Position numbers and translations under genes: made by a program
Shown: positions 21,890-32,721 of the stretch, in pieces
Layout of the letters: the number at the start of each line of letters is the position of its first letter
Position numbering within the stretch: position 1 is the first letter of the stretch
The notes under the pieces: generated by a model
Databases searched by the model: none
What the model saw: the letters and a program-made list of their open reading frames with translations, nothing else
What the model was told of the DNA's origin: nothing
Source of the DNA: an uncultured Clostridia bacterium
GTDB taxonomy: Bacteria; Bacillota; Clostridia; TANB77; CAG-465
Direction: 5' to 3'
DNA length: 64,000 nt
Assembly: GCA_947632635.1 (NCBI GenBank)
Contig: CANRQA010000001.1
Location: 44,809 to 108,808, forward strand

Positions 21890-24001
21890 ATGTATAAAAA
21901 ATTTGAAATGGAATATGCAGGACGTCCACTTGTTATAGAAACAGGAAAAATGGCAGGTCTTGCAAATGGCTCATGTCTAGTTAGGTATGGTGAAACAGCT
22001 GTACTTGTAAATGTAACAATGTCAAAAGAGCCAAAAGACGGTATAGACTTTTTACCACTTTCAGTTGATTATGAAGAAAGGTTATATTCAGTTGGAAAAA
22101 TACCTGGAGGATATATTAAAAGAGAAGGGAAGCCTTCTAATAAAGCAATACTTGTGTCACGTGTTATAGATAGACCTATAAGACCACTATTTCCAAAAGA
22201 TTATAGAAATGATACATCAATAAATGCGTTAGTACTTGCAGTAGAGCCAGATGTATTACCTGAAGTACCAGCTTCAATTGGAGCTTCAATTGCTTTAAAT
22301 ATATCTGATATACCTTTTGATGCTTTAGTTGGCTCTATAAAAGTTGGAATAGTAGATGATGAAATCATCTTAAACCCTAACTTAGAACAAAGAGAAAAAT
22401 CAACATTAGATTTAAGTGTATCTGCAACACCAGACAAAATATGTATGATAGAAGCAGGTGCAAAAGAAGTACCAGATGAAAAAATGTTAGAAGCAATTAA
22501 AGTAGCACATACTGAAATAAAGAAATTATGTGACTTTATAAAAGAAATAAGAAATGAAGTAGGAAAGAAAAAAGCAGAATATAAATCATTTGCAGTTCCT
22601 GAAGATTTAGTAGAATTTGTAGATAAATTAGCACATGATAAAATGAAAGAAGCAGTTATTGCAAAAGATAAAACAATAAGAGATGACGCTGTAGCTGCAG
22701 TAGATGAATTTGTAAAAGAAAAATACATAGAAGAATATGGACAAGAAAAATACGAAGAAAATAAATCAATGATTTCAGAAGCATTATATAAAGCAGAGAA
22801 AAAAGCAGTTAGAAATTATATTTTAGAAGAATCAAAAAGAGTTGACGGTAGAGGACTTGATGAAATAAGACCATTAAGTGCTGAAGTAGGTCTTTTTGAA
22901 AGAGTACATGGTAGTGCATTATTTACACGTGGACAAACTCAAGTATTATCAATGGTAACTTTAGGCTCTATATCAGATGAACAAGAATTAGATGGACTTG
23001 ATGAAGAAGTATCAAAAAGATATATACATCATTATAACTTTCCACCATATAGTGTAGGAGAGGCAAGAGCTTCACGTGGACCTGGACGTAGAGAAATAGG
23101 ACATGGTGCACTTGCAGAAAGAGCATTAGAGCCAGTAATACCATCACAAGAAGAATTCCCATACACAATTAGAGTAGTATCTGAGGTATTAAGTTCAAAT
23201 GGTTCAACTTCACAAGGTAGTGTTTGTGGCTCTACACTTGCATTAATGGATGCTGGTGTTCCAATAAAAGCTCCAGTTGCAGGTATATCAACAGGACTAT
23301 TTACAAAAGATGGTGATACATCTAACTATATAATGGTAACAGATATACAAGGAATTGAAGATTTCTTTGGAGATATGGATTTCAAAGTTGCAGGAACTAA
23401 AAAAGGAATAACAGCAATTCAAGTTGACATTAAAATTGATGGGCTTACATATGAAATAATAGAAGAAGCCTTTGCAAGAACAAATAAAGCAAGAAAATAT
23501 ATACTTGATGAAGTAATGTTAAAAGCAATAGATAAGCCAAGAGAAAAAATATCAAAATATGCACCAAAAATAGAAACACTAAAAATTAATCCTGATAGAA
23601 TTAGAGATGTAATAGGTAGTGGTGGAAAGACTATAAACAAAATAATTGAAGAAACTGGTGTAAAAATTGATATAGAAGATGATGGAACAGTATTTGTAGC
23701 AGGTATTGACCCTCAAAAAATGGATAAGGCAATAGAAATGATAGAAAACCTAACTAAAGATGTTGAATTAAATGCAGTATATATGGGTAAAGTAACAAAA
23801 ATACTACAATTTGGAGCATTAGTTGAAATATTACCTGGAAAAGAAGGACTTTTACATATTTCACAAATATCTACAAAAAGAATTAAAAAAGTAGAAGATG
23901 TATTAAATGTAGGAGATGACATATTAGTAAAAGTAACTGAAATAGGAAAAGAAGATGGCAAATTTAGTTTAACTGCAAAAGGTTTAATGGAAGAAGTATA
24001 G
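21890..24001 (+). CDS. pnp: polynucleotide phosphorylase
   Basis: two RNase PH domains, FTRGQTQ, KH and S1 domains at the C-terminus; RBS AAAGGAGG. Confidence 0.95.
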   Translation: MYKKFEMEYAGRPLVIETGKMAGLANGSCLVRYGETAVLVNVTMSKEPKDGIDFLPLSVDYEERLYSVGKIPGGYIKREGKPSNKAILVSRVIDRPIRPLFPKDYRNDTSINALVLAVEPDVLPEVPASIGASIALNISDIPFDALVGSIKVGIVDDEIILNPNLEQREKSTLDLSVSATPDKICMIEAGAKEVPDEKMLEAIKVAHTEIKKLCDFIKEIRNEVGKKKAEYKSFAVPEDLVEFVDKLAHDKMKEAVIAKDKTIRDDAVAAVDEFVKEKYIEEYGQEKYEENKSMISEALYKAEKKAVRNYILEESKRVDGRGLDEIRPLSAEVGLFERVHGSALFTRGQTQVLSMVTLGSISDEQELDGLDEEVSKRYIHHYNFPPYSVGEARASRGPGRREIGHGALAERALEPVIPSQEEFPYTIRVVSEVLSSNGSTSQGSVCGSTLALMDAGVPIKAPVAGISTGLFTKDGDTSNYIMVTDIQGIEDFFGDMDFKVAGTKKGITAIQVDIKIDGLTYEIIEEAFARTNKARKYILDEVMLKAIDKPREKISKYAPKIETLKINPDRIRDVIGSGGKTINKIIEETGVKIDIEDDGTVFVAGIDPQKMDKAIEMIENLTKDVELNAVYMGKVTKILQFGALVEILPGKEGLLHISQISTKRIKKVEDVLNVGDDILVKVTEIGKEDGKFSLTAKGLMEEV

Positions 24002-24017
24002 AGGTGTAAATTAAATT

Positions 24018-24842
24018 ATGCAAGTATATGCATTTATAGGTAAAACTGGAACAGGAAAAAGTTTCAATGCACAAAAAGTTGCAAAAACTCATGACATCCA
24101 TTATATAATAGATGATGCAATACTTATAAAAAATACAAAAGTAATTGCAGGAAGGTCAGCAAAAACAGAGAGCAATTTTATTGCCTCTGTTAAAGCTGCG
24201 ATATTCTTAAATAAAGAACGTGCATTAGAAATGAAAAGTGCATTAAAAGCAGAAAATCCTGAAAAACTATTAATACTTGGAACATCTGATGAAATGGTAG
24301 AAAAAATAGTAGAAAATTTAGATTTAGGCAAAATAGATAAAAAAATATATATAGAAGAAATATCATCAGCAGCTCAAATAGAAACTGCAAGAAAATCTAG
24401 GGTTGAGGACGGGAAACACGTTGTTCCTGTACCAACTTTTGAAATAAAAAAACAATTTTCCGGATATTTTTTAGATTCATTAAAAACATTTAATTTCTTT
24501 AATCGAGATGGAAATGAAAATGTAGAAACTGAAAAAACTATTATACGACCAACATACAGTTATTTAGGAAATTTTGTAATTTCAGATAATGTCATAAATT
24601 CAATAATAATGTATACAGTATCTAAAATAGAGGGTGTATCTAAAGTTTTTAGAGTAAGTACACAAAAATATATAGACGGAATGAAACTTGACATAGATAT
24701 AGAAATTGTTTATGGGTATAACATCCCACATTTAAGCTCAATAATTAGAAATGTTGTAATATATGCAGTAGATAATGCAACAGGTATTAATTTATTTGGA
24801 ATTAATATAAATGTAAAATCAATAGCTAAACAAAACAAATAG
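24018..24842 (+). CDS. fusion protein: N-terminal P-loop NTPase/kinase-like domain plus C-terminal Asp23/Gls24 (alkaline shock protein) domain
   Basis: Walker A FIGKTGTGKSF at residues 6-16; C-terminal ISDNVINSIIMYTVSKIEGVSKV...KLDIDIEIVYGYNIPHLSSIIRNVVIYAVDNATGINLFGININVKSI matches Asp23 family. Confidence 0.6.
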   Translation: MQVYAFIGKTGTGKSFNAQKVAKTHDIHYIIDDAILIKNTKVIAGRSAKTESNFIASVKAAIFLNKERALEMKSALKAENPEKLLILGTSDEMVEKIVENLDLGKIDKKIYIEEISSAAQIETARKSRVEDGKHVVPVPTFEIKKQFSGYFLDSLKTFNFFNRDGNENVETEKTIIRPTYSYLGNFVISDNVINSIIMYTVSKIEGVSKVFRVSTQKYIDGMKLDIDIEIVYGYNIPHLSSIIRNVVIYAVDNATGINLFGININVKSIAKQNK

Positions 24843-24891
24843 TTGAAATATATATAGATATATAGTAAAATAAATTGCGAGGGTGATAAAA

Positions 24892-25692
24892 ATGGAAACA
24901 ATGCATTATAGCGAAAAAAAGAAAAGCTCAAAAGGTATAGTAATAGGACTACTAATATTTTTTGTATTAGGTGGCGCTGTATTATACTTTGGAATAAAAA
25001 CTGAAAAAGATCCTGTACTTATAGGTAGAGAAGAAACAGATATTCAAAGACTTGTTGATATAGAACAGGAAAATTCTGTGCAAACAGCAAATGTTAATTC
25101 AGCTATAAATTATGAAGTTGTAGATGTAAAAAAATCAGACACTTCAAATGCTGTTATAAAAGAAGAAATGACTTTACCAAGTATAAAAGTTGATGGTATG
25201 GAACTTGGTGAAATTAATGTAAAAATTGAAAAGGACTATACTGAATTATATGATAAATTAAAAGAACAACTTAAAACTGCTGAAAGCAAATACACATATA
25301 TTGTGTCATATGAAACATATGAAAATATGGTAGATACAAATAAAATAGTTTCAATAGTCATAACTCAAAAAATACGTGATGATGTTGAAAAAGAAAATAC
25401 AATGGAAAAAAAGGAAACATATAATATAGACTTAGCTACAAAAAAGACTATAACTGAAGCTGATGTTGCACAAAAACTTCTTGGAAAAGAATATAAAACA
25501 ATTATACGAAGTGCTGCACGAGAATATGTAGTTGATAAAGGAATGCTAAAAGATTCAGAATTTACATATGCACTTACAGGTCTTGAAAATTTTTATGTTA
25601 AAGATAATGTTTATCATATAATATTTAACGAAGGTGAACTAGTAGACAAAAAATATGGAGTATTAGATGTTGCGGTAGAAAAGGAGGAATAA
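24892..25692 (+). CDS. hypothetical membrane-anchored protein
   Basis: N-terminal TM helix then soluble domain; RBS GAGGGTGA before ATG 24892. Confidence 0.5.
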   Translation: METMHYSEKKKSSKGIVIGLLIFFVLGGAVLYFGIKTEKDPVLIGREETDIQRLVDIEQENSVQTANVNSAINYEVVDVKKSDTSNAVIKEEMTLPSIKVDGMELGEINVKIEKDYTELYDKLKEQLKTAESKYTYIVSYETYENMVDTNKIVSIVITQKIRDDVEKENTMEKKETYNIDLATKKTITEADVAQKLLGKEYKTIIRSAAREYVVDKGMLKDSEFTYALTGLENFYVKDNVYHIIFNEGELVDKKYGVLDVAVEKEE

Positions 25693-25696
25693 CTTT

Positions 25697-27082
25697 ATGG
25701 TAGATTCAATGGATAAGATAGTAAACCTATGTAAATCAAGAGGTTATATTTATCCAGGTTCAGAAATATATGGAGGACTCGCAAATACATGGGATTATGG
25801 CCCTCTAGGTGTTGAATTAAAAAACAATGTAAAAAAAATTTGGTGGAAAAAATTTATCACAGAAAATATATATAATGTTGGACTTGATACAAGCATTTTA
25901 ATGAACCCAAAAACTTGGGAAGCATCAGGACATATAGGAGGCTTTTCAGACCCTCTAATTGATTGTAAAGAATGTAAATCAAGATTTAGAGCTGATAAAT
26001 TAATTGAAGAATATGATTTTACTAATAAACTTGATATTAAAGTATCAGACGGAATGCCAGATAAAGAACTTATTGATATTATTAAAAAATATAATATTTG
26101 TTGCCCAAAATGTGGTAAGAATAATTATACTGATATTCGTAAATTTAATTTAATGTTTAAGACTTTTCAAGGTGTAACAGAAGATAGTACAGCAACTGTA
26201 TATTTAAGACCAGAAACAGCACAAGGTATATTTGTAAATTTCAAAAATGTAGCAAGAACTACAAGAAAGAAAATACCATTTGGAATAGGACAAATAGGAA
26301 AATCTTTTAGAAATGAAATAACTCCCGGTAATTTTATATTTAGAACAAGAGAATTTGAACAAATGGAACTTGAATTTTTCTGTAAGCCAGGTGAAGATTT
26401 AGAGTGGTTTAAATACTGGAGAGAATATGCTGTAAACTTTTTAAAAGAACTTGGTATGAAACCTGAAAATATAAGGTTAAGAGATCATGATAAAGAAGAA
26501 TTGTCACATTATAGTAAAGCAACAACTGACATAGAATTTAACTTCCCATTTGGCTTTGGTGAACTATGGGGAATAGCTGATAGAACAGACTTTGATTTAT
26601 CACAACATATGAAATTTTCAAATGAGGATATGAACTATATTGATCCTGAAACAAATGAAAGATATATACCATATTGCATTGAGCCATCTGTTGGTTGTGA
26701 TAGACTAGCTTTAGCATTACTTTGTAATGCATATGAGGAAGAAAAGATAACTGATACTGATACAAGAATCGTACTAAGATTACATCCTGTTTTAAGTCCA
26801 GTAAAAATTGCTATACTTCCTTTATCAAAAAAACTGTCAGATAAAGCATATGAAATATATAAAAAACTTATAAAAAAATATAACTGTGATTTTGATGAGG
26901 CTGGAAGTATTGGTAAAAGATATAGAAGACAAGATGAAATTGGTACTCCATATGCTATAACTTATGATTTTGATACTGAAACTGATAACTCTGTAACAAT
27001 TAGAGATAGAGATACAATGAATCAAACAAGAGTTAGCATTGATAAGTTAGACGAATTTTTCAAAGAAAAGTTAGATTTTTAA
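25697..27082 (+). CDS. glyQS: glycine--tRNA ligase (class II, alpha2 form)
   Basis: [28 protein letters not shown]-terminus, zinc-finger insertion CPKCGK, class II motifs ([10 protein letters not shown], anticodon-binding C-terminus); RBS AAGGAGGA. Confidence 0.95.
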   Translation: MVDSMDKIVNLCKSRGYIYPGSEIYGGLANTWDYGPLGVELKNNVKKIWWKKFITENIYNVGLDTSILMNPKTWEASGHIGGFSDPLIDCKECKSRFRADKLIEEYDFTNKLDIKVSDGMPDKELIDIIKKYNICCPKCGKNNYTDIRKFNLMFKTFQGVTEDSTATVYLRPETAQGIFVNFKNVARTTRKKIPFGIGQIGKSFRNEITPGNFIFRTREFEQMELEFFCKPGEDLEWFKYWREYAVNFLKELGMKPENIRLRDHDKEELSHYSKATTDIEFNFPFGFGELWGIADRTDFDLSQHMKFSNEDMNYIDPETNERYIPYCIEPSVGCDRLALALLCNAYEEEKITDTDTRIVLRLHPVLSPVKIAILPLSKKLSDKAYEIYKKLIKKYNCDFDEAGSIGKRYRRQDEIGTPYAITYDFDTETDNSVTIRDRDTMNQTRVSIDKLDEFFKEKLDF

Positions 27083-27100
27083 GTTTCGAGGTGAAGATAA

Positions 27101-27208
27101 ATGAAAAATAAAAAAAATTTTGTTAAATATTTAGTAGTTGGAATATTAGTATTTTCTATGATATTTACTATGTTTGCTGTACTGATATCGGCTGTACAAA
27201 GTGTATAA
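27101..27208 (+). CDS. possible 35-aa single-TM micro-protein (MKNKKNFVKYLVVGILVFSMIFTMFAVLISAVQSV)
   Basis: short ORF with GAGGTGAAGA RBS between glyQS and cdaA; below the ORF-track cutoff. Confidence 0.25.
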   Translation: MKNKKNFVKYLVVGILVFSMIFTMFAVLISAVQSV

Positions 27209-27232
27209 TAAATATTTAAAGAGGTGTCTAGT

Positions 27233-28096
27233 ATGCAAAAAATTTGGTCAAGTTTTGTATCTTTAATGTATGAGATAAGTAAAACACTAGATTTGACAAG
27301 CCCTATAAGATATGTAATTTTAGTAGCAGATATTTTAATAGTTACATTTATAGGATATTATATATTTAAAATTGTAAAGCAAACAAGGGCTGGGCAGATA
27401 TTTAAAGGAATTTTGTTAGTATTATTGCTCTTTGTTATAGCAAAATTATTCAATATGGTAATACTAAACTTTATATTAACTAATTTCCTAACTTATGGTG
27501 TAATTTTACTTATTGTAGTATTTCAACCTGAACTTAGAAACGTATTTGAAAAAATTGGTAGAAGTAAATTAGTAGATGTGTTTGACATGGATGATAATAT
27601 TATGGTTAAACATTCTATTTCTGAAATTGTAAAAGCTGTAGAAATAATGTCTTTAAAGAAAATAGGAGCATTAATTGTACTTGAAAGAAGTACAAGAATA
27701 GAGGAGGTTCTAAAAGAGGGCGTAGCATTATCTGCTAAAGTTTCAAACGAACTAATACAGAATATATTTATGCCAAGGACTCCCTTGCATGACGGTGCAA
27801 TAGTAATAGACAAGTCACAGATACTTGCTGCAAAGTGTATATTACCACTTGCTTCAGAAGTATCAGTACCAAAAAATTTAGGAACAAGACATAGGGCAGC
27901 AGTTGGAATTACAGAAATATCTGATGCTTTAGTTGTAGTAGTTTCTGAAGAAACTGGAATAATATCACTTGTTGAAAATGGTAAATTAAAGAGAAATCTT
28001 ACTGGTGATGAATTAAAGGCTTTGTTACTTGAAAAAATGGATAGAACTAAAAATAGTGTCGCAATTAAGAATTTAATTAAAAATAATGACAAATAA
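27233..28096 (+). CDS. cdaA: diadenylate cyclase CdaA (c-di-AMP synthase)
   Basis: three N-terminal TM helices, DAC domain motifs GALIVLE, HDGAIVI, GTRHRAA; ATG 27233 after AAAGAGGTG. Confidence 0.9.
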   Translation: MQKIWSSFVSLMYEISKTLDLTSPIRYVILVADILIVTFIGYYIFKIVKQTRAGQIFKGILLVLLLFVIAKLFNMVILNFILTNFLTYGVILLIVVFQPELRNVFEKIGRSKLVDVFDMDDNIMVKHSISEIVKAVEIMSLKKIGALIVLERSTRIEEVLKEGVALSAKVSNELIQNIFMPRTPLHDGAIVIDKSQILAAKCILPLASEVSVPKNLGTRHRAAVGITEISDALVVVVSEETGIISLVENGKLKRNLTGDELKALLLEKMDRTKNSVAIKNLIKNNDK

Positions 28097-28159
28097 TTCA
28101 TAAACTAACTTTGAGATTCATATATAGATAAATATAATTAATTATTATAGGTGATATAT

Positions 28160-29068
28160 ATGAATACTCTTTTTATAAATTTATATGAGGATACTATAAA
28201 AAAAGAAGAAGTAAAGAAAAATAAAAATATTATTAAAAAAAATTTAGATAGAACTAAGATCATCTTAAGTAGTTGCTTAAATAAAATAACAGGGTTTAGC
28301 TTTTTAAAAGATGCATTTTCAACATCTAAAAATACAAGTACATATTTTTTAAATATATATAAAGATATATTCTTTGACTCAACAAAAAATCTATTTTTAT
28401 TAAAAAAATTAATAAAATTTAAGATAAATAATGGTCATAAGTTAAATATAGTTTTTAGCAAAAATTTTGATGATAATATAGACTTAAAATTACAAATACA
28501 AGAAACTCTAAATGATGCTTTAAAGGATGTAGAAAAAAATTATATATCTTTAAAAAATAATATGAAAAATTTAGATATGAAATATATAACTCATTATATA
28601 GAAAGTAGAAAAATAGATTTAAGAAAATTTAAAATATTAATTGCTATTGAAAAGTATGAAGATTTAGATGTAAATAAATTAATTGAATATTTAGATAAAT
28701 ATAGATATATTGATATTTTAAAATTTCCTAATATGACAAAATCTGATTATTCAAAAGTAAATAGTATAATAACTAAATTAAATGATGAATATGGCTCTAG
28801 TATGGAAGTTATCCAAAAAAGAAATATAATCGACTATAATTTTTATTTAATATATTCAAAAAATAAAAAAGAATTTTTTACTTCTCATTATGTTATAAAT
28901 AATAATGCAGGTATACTTGATTTAACTTCAAAAGATGATGATATCTTTAGTAATGAATATAAATCATATTTTAAAAATAAATATTATATATCCACAGTTT
29001 TTAATAGAGTAAAATTTGATATTGAAAACTTTAGTAAAAAAGAATTAGGAATTATTTACAAAAATTAA
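28160..29068 (+). CDS. hypothetical Lys/Asn/Ile-rich soluble protein
   Basis: ORF in the position normally held by cdaR but no YbbR-like features and no TM helix; composition extremely AT-biased. Confidence 0.4.
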   Translation: MNTLFINLYEDTIKKEEVKKNKNIIKKNLDRTKIILSSCLNKITGFSFLKDAFSTSKNTSTYFLNIYKDIFFDSTKNLFLLKKLIKFKINNGHKLNIVFSKNFDDNIDLKLQIQETLNDALKDVEKNYISLKNNMKNLDMKYITHYIESRKIDLRKFKILIAIEKYEDLDVNKLIEYLDKYRYIDILKFPNMTKSDYSKVNSIITKLNDEYGSSMEVIQKRNIIDYNFYLIYSKNKKEFFTSHYVINNNAGILDLTSKDDDIFSNEYKSYFKNKYYISTVFNRVKFDIENFSKKELGIIYKN

Positions 29069-29152
29069 AATATTATAATACAGTACTTTTTCATTGTTAT
29101 ACTTGACATATAGTGTATAATAATATAGTACTAACTTTAGGAGGAAACAAAA

Positions 29153-29632
29153 ATGGAAGAAAGAGAAATAATGTTAACAGTTGAAGGTTATAATAAATTA
29201 GAAGAAGAATTAAAACTTTTAAAAGGACCTAGAAAAATGGAAGTTGCAGAAAGAATAAAGGTTGCAAGAGAATTTGGAGATATATCTGAAAATTCTGAAT
29301 ATGATGATGCAAAAAACGAACAAGCATTACTTGAAGCAAGAATTTTAGAAATAGAAAATACTTTAAGACATGCTAAAGTAGTTGATGATGACGATGTTTC
29401 AACTAGAAAAGTTGGAGTTGGCACATTAGTAACATTATATGATTATGAATTTGAAGAAGAAATAAAATATGGTATTGTAGGAGCAAGTGAAGTAAATATA
29501 GAAGAAAATAAAATATCTAACGAATCTCCTGTTGGAAAAGCGCTTATAGGAAGAAAGAAAGGCGAAGAAGTAGATGTAGAAACACCAGGAGGAATCGCAA
29601 AATACAAAATCGTTGATATTAAAAGATTATAA
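29153..29632 (+). CDS. greA: transcription elongation factor GreA
   Basis: LTVEGYNKLEEELKLLKGPRKMEVAERIKVAREFGDISENSEYDDAK; RBS AGGAGG. Confidence 0.9.
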   Translation: MEEREIMLTVEGYNKLEEELKLLKGPRKMEVAERIKVAREFGDISENSEYDDAKNEQALLEARILEIENTLRHAKVVDDDDVSTRKVGVGTLVTLYDYEFEEEIKYGIVGASEVNIEENKISNESPVGKALIGRKKGEEVDVETPGGIAKYKIVDIKRL

Positions 29633-29667
29633 TATAGTATAACAGATATTTAAGGGAGGAATTGCTA

Positions 29668-31182
29668 GTGGCTGACATTTTAGAATTAAAGAAAATACGT
29701 GCAGAAAAAGAGGACAAGCTAAAAGAAGCTGGTATTAATGTAAGACCTGACTCTTTTAAAATCACACATACTTTAAAAGAAGTGCGTGAACTTGGAGAAG
29801 GAGTAGAAAACGTACGTGTTGCAGGTCGTGTTATGTCTAAAAGAAAAATGGGTAAAATTAGTTTTTTAGATTTACGCGATGTTGAGGGAAGAATTCAATT
29901 ATGTATAAAAAAAGATGAAGTTGGAGAAGAATTATATAAACAAATTCATGAAACTTTAGATGTAGGTGACTTTATTGGAGTTTGTGGTGATACTTTTGTT
30001 ACACAAACAGGAGAAAAAACAATAAGAGTTAAAGAATATACTTTTTTAGGTAAAGCCTTAAGACCACTTCCAGAGAAATTTCATGGGGTTACTAATCAAG
30101 AAACATTATATAGGGAAAGACATTTGGACCTTATAATGAATGATGAAACTAAAAAGAGATTTTTACTTCGTTCAAGATTTATAAAACTTATGAGAGATTT
30201 TCTAGATAGCAAAGGCTTTATCGAGGTTGAAACACCAGTTTTACAAAATACTGCATCAGGAGCTACTGCAAGACCATTTATTACACATCACAATACTTAT
30301 GATACAGATGTGTATTTAAGAATATCTCCAGAACTTACTTTAAAGAAACTTATAATAGGAGGATTTACTAATATATTTGAAATTGCTAGAGATTTTAGAA
30401 ATGAGGGTATAAGTGTAAATCATTTACAAGACTTTACTATGGTAGAGGGATATAGTGCATATTATAATTATAAAGATAATATGAAACTAATGGAAGAAAT
30501 GGTTAAATATATTATCTCAAACTTATTTGATGGCAATTTAAAGGTAATGATTGGCGAAAAAGAAATTGACTTTGGTGGTAGTTGGAATGTAGTAAGTTTT
30601 AAAGAGCTTATTTTAAATGATTGTGGTATTGATATAGATAAATTTGATAGCGCAAGTAGTCTATTAGAAGAAATAAAAAGAAATAAGATTGAACTTGAAG
30701 CTGAGAATTTAGAAAATTTAGGAAGAGGAAATTTAATAGACCAGTTATATAAAAAGGTTAGTAGGCCAAAAATAATTAATCCTACATTTCTTGTAAATCA
30801 TCCTATCGATTTATCTCCACTTGCAAGGGCAAATGATGAAAACCCAGCCCTTACTGATAGATTTCAATTAATAGTAAATGGACAAGAAATTATAAATGGT
30901 TATTCAGAACTTGTTGATTCTGTAGAACAAAGAAATAGATTTATTGAACAGAGCAAACTTAAAGAAAATGGTGATGAGGAAGCAATGAGCTTTGACCATG
31001 AATATATTAAGGCTATGGAATATGGAATGCCACCTATTTCTGGTTGGGGACTTGGTGTAGATAGATTTTTGCAATTTTTAACTAATAGTTATAACATTCG
31101 TGATGTTGTTCTTTATCCATTACTTAAACCAAGAGAAAATGTTGAGGAAGACGATGAGGAAGATGAGGAAGTAAAAGAATAA
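29668..31182 (+). CDS. lysS: lysine--tRNA ligase (class II)
   Basis: class II motifs (FLEVETP-like IEVETPVLQ, GGFTNIFEIARDFRNEG, GWGLGVDR); conserved greA-lysS arrangement; GTG 29668 7 nt after GGGAGG. Confidence 0.95.
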   Translation: MADILELKKIRAEKEDKLKEAGINVRPDSFKITHTLKEVRELGEGVENVRVAGRVMSKRKMGKISFLDLRDVEGRIQLCIKKDEVGEELYKQIHETLDVGDFIGVCGDTFVTQTGEKTIRVKEYTFLGKALRPLPEKFHGVTNQETLYRERHLDLIMNDETKKRFLLRSRFIKLMRDFLDSKGFIEVETPVLQNTASGATARPFITHHNTYDTDVYLRISPELTLKKLIIGGFTNIFEIARDFRNEGISVNHLQDFTMVEGYSAYYNYKDNMKLMEEMVKYIISNLFDGNLKVMIGEKEIDFGGSWNVVSFKELILNDCGIDIDKFDSASSLLEEIKRNKIELEAENLENLGRGNLIDQLYKKVSRPKIINPTFLVNHPIDLSPLARANDENPALTDRFQLIVNGQEIINGYSELVDSVEQRNRFIEQSKLKENGDEEAMSFDHEYIKAMEYGMPPISGWGLGVDRFLQFLTNSYNIRDVVLYPLLKPRENVEEDDEEDEEVKE

Positions 31183-31343
31183 TATAATAAAAAAGATAAT
31201 AGCTTAAGTTTTTAAGTTATTATTTTTTTTGTTACTTTTTCAAACTACTTTAGTAAAATAAATTGACATAATGTAAAAAATAATGTATAATATTATTTAG
31301 CAAAAAAATAACAACATAAATAATTTTGTTTTGGAGGTAATTT

Positions 31344-31685
31344 ATGCTAATTAGTGTATCTTCATGTTTAGGAATTGCAATAGGTCTTTTATTTAAAATA
31401 AATGAACCTTTCTTTTTACATGTTATTTCTATACTTAATCTTTTAATGATTATTTTAAGTTTCCTTGCACTTTTTAATAGTAAAAATAAAGTTTTTTATT
31501 TTATTTTAGTAATAATTGCATCATTGATTTTTGGAGTAGGTATTACTATATGCGATTTATGTATAATAGGGAGTATGCCAAAAGATGTATATATGTGTGA
31601 TGGTATAATTTGGAGTTTTGTGGGCTTTCTAAATTCATCAATATATTATTCAATACTTAATAGGCTTGAAAGTGTAAAAGAATAA
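31344..31685 (+). CDS. small membrane protein (3-4 TM)
   Basis: 113-aa ORF, RBS GGAGGT. Confidence 0.4.
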   Translation: MLISVSSCLGIAIGLLFKINEPFFLHVISILNLLMIILSFLALFNSKNKVFYFILVIIASLIFGVGITICDLCIIGSMPKDVYMCDGIIWSFVGFLNSSIYYSILNRLESVKE

Positions 31686-31709
31686 TGGGGTAAAGGAGAG
31701 TAGAAAATA

Positions 31710-31919
31710 ATGGGATTTTTTGCAAACTGGTTATGGGTAGTTATAATGGTACTTATTATAACTGTTATAGTTAACGTTATTTTTAAGATATTAAACCTTT
31801 TAAATGTAATTAGTTATAAACGGTATAAGAGGCTTCTTAAATTATCTACTAAACTACTTGTACTTGTTTTAATATTTTTTGCTTTTTACATATATATAGT
31901 ATCATTAAAAAATATATAA
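31710..31919 (+). CDS. small two-TM membrane protein
   Basis: 69-aa ORF, RBS AAAGGAGAG. Confidence 0.35.
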   Translation: MGFFANWLWVVIMVLIITVIVNVIFKILNLLNVISYKRYKRLLKLSTKLLVLVLIFFAFYIYIVSLKNI

Positions 31920-32070
31920 TTAAATTTTAGTATTTTAACTTTAAATAATGAGGTATTTTTTTATAAAAATTATCTCATTATTTTTTTATTTAAAAATATA
32001 ATAACCTTTTTTGTTTTTAAACATAAAATATGTAATATATAACAAAAAAATAATTTAGGAGGAAAAGAAA

Positions 32071-32721
32071 ATGATTAGAAAAAATAGAAGAAATAGAAAT
32101 ATGAAGTGGATGATGAATAATGGCGGATATAATTATAACATGCAAAATATGAAAAGCGATATGAAACTAAAACCTGGGGATAGTTCTGAAGACGTAAGAT
32201 TATTACAAGAGATACTAGTAGATGTAACTGAGATTTATCCTACAATTCCTGAAATAACAGTTGACGGAATATATGGCGAAAAAACAAGAGCTGCGGTTAA
32301 AAGATTTCAAGAGCTAATGGGAATTTATGACACTGGAATAGTTGATAATATTACTTGGAATAAATTATTACTAATATATAGCAAGAAAAAAGCAATGAAC
32401 GATAATATAAGAGAGGCAAAAGAGGAAGACGGCTTAGACCTTTCAAGTAATGTTATAAAGCTAGGAAGTAAAGGAAGATATGTAATAGAACTTCAAGAGT
32501 ACATAAATAAAGTAGCAAATTTATATCCTGCAATTCCAAAACTTTCAATTGACGGCGTTTTTGGCGATAAGACACATGATGCAGTAGTTAAGTTTCAAAC
32601 ATTGTTTAATTTAGAGCCAGACGGAATTGTTGGAAATATAACTTGGAACACATTGTATAACGCCTCTTTAGGTAAACTAACACCAGGTAATTTTATTGAT
32701 ATGACAGATGATTTTAATTAA
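32071..32721 (+). CDS. protein with two putative peptidoglycan-binding (PG_binding_1-like) domains
   Basis: two internal repeats ...G(D/S)..EDV..LQ..L......P.I..DG.(Y/F)G.KT..AV..FQ...(L/G)..DG(I)V...TW..L; RBS TAGGAGGAAAAG. Confidence 0.55.
   Translation: MIRKNRRNRNMKWMMNNGGYNYNMQNMKSDMKLKPGDSSEDVRLLQEILVDVTEIYPTIPEITVDGIYGEKTRAAVKRFQELMGIYDTGIVDNITWNKLLLIYSKKKAMNDNIREAKEEDGLDLSSNVIKLGSKGRYVIELQEYINKVANLYPAIPKLSIDGVFGDKTHDAVVKFQTLFNLEPDGIVGNITWNTLYNASLGKLTPGNFIDMTDDFN

Noticed and set aside
22201-23961. Several minus-strand ORFs inside pnp (22201..22728, 22968..23168, 23419..23640, 23713..23961)
   Set aside because: Antisense to a highly conserved gene, low-complexity composition, and no translation signals.
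25600-25700. Expected T-box leader upstream of glyQS
   Set aside because: glyQS starts 5 nt after the preceding gene's stop with only an RBS in between, so there is no room for a T-box. It is apparently co-transcribed.
27523-28101. 192-aa minus-strand ORF overlapping cdaA
   Set aside because: Fully antisense to cdaA with no RBS. Typical shadow ORF.
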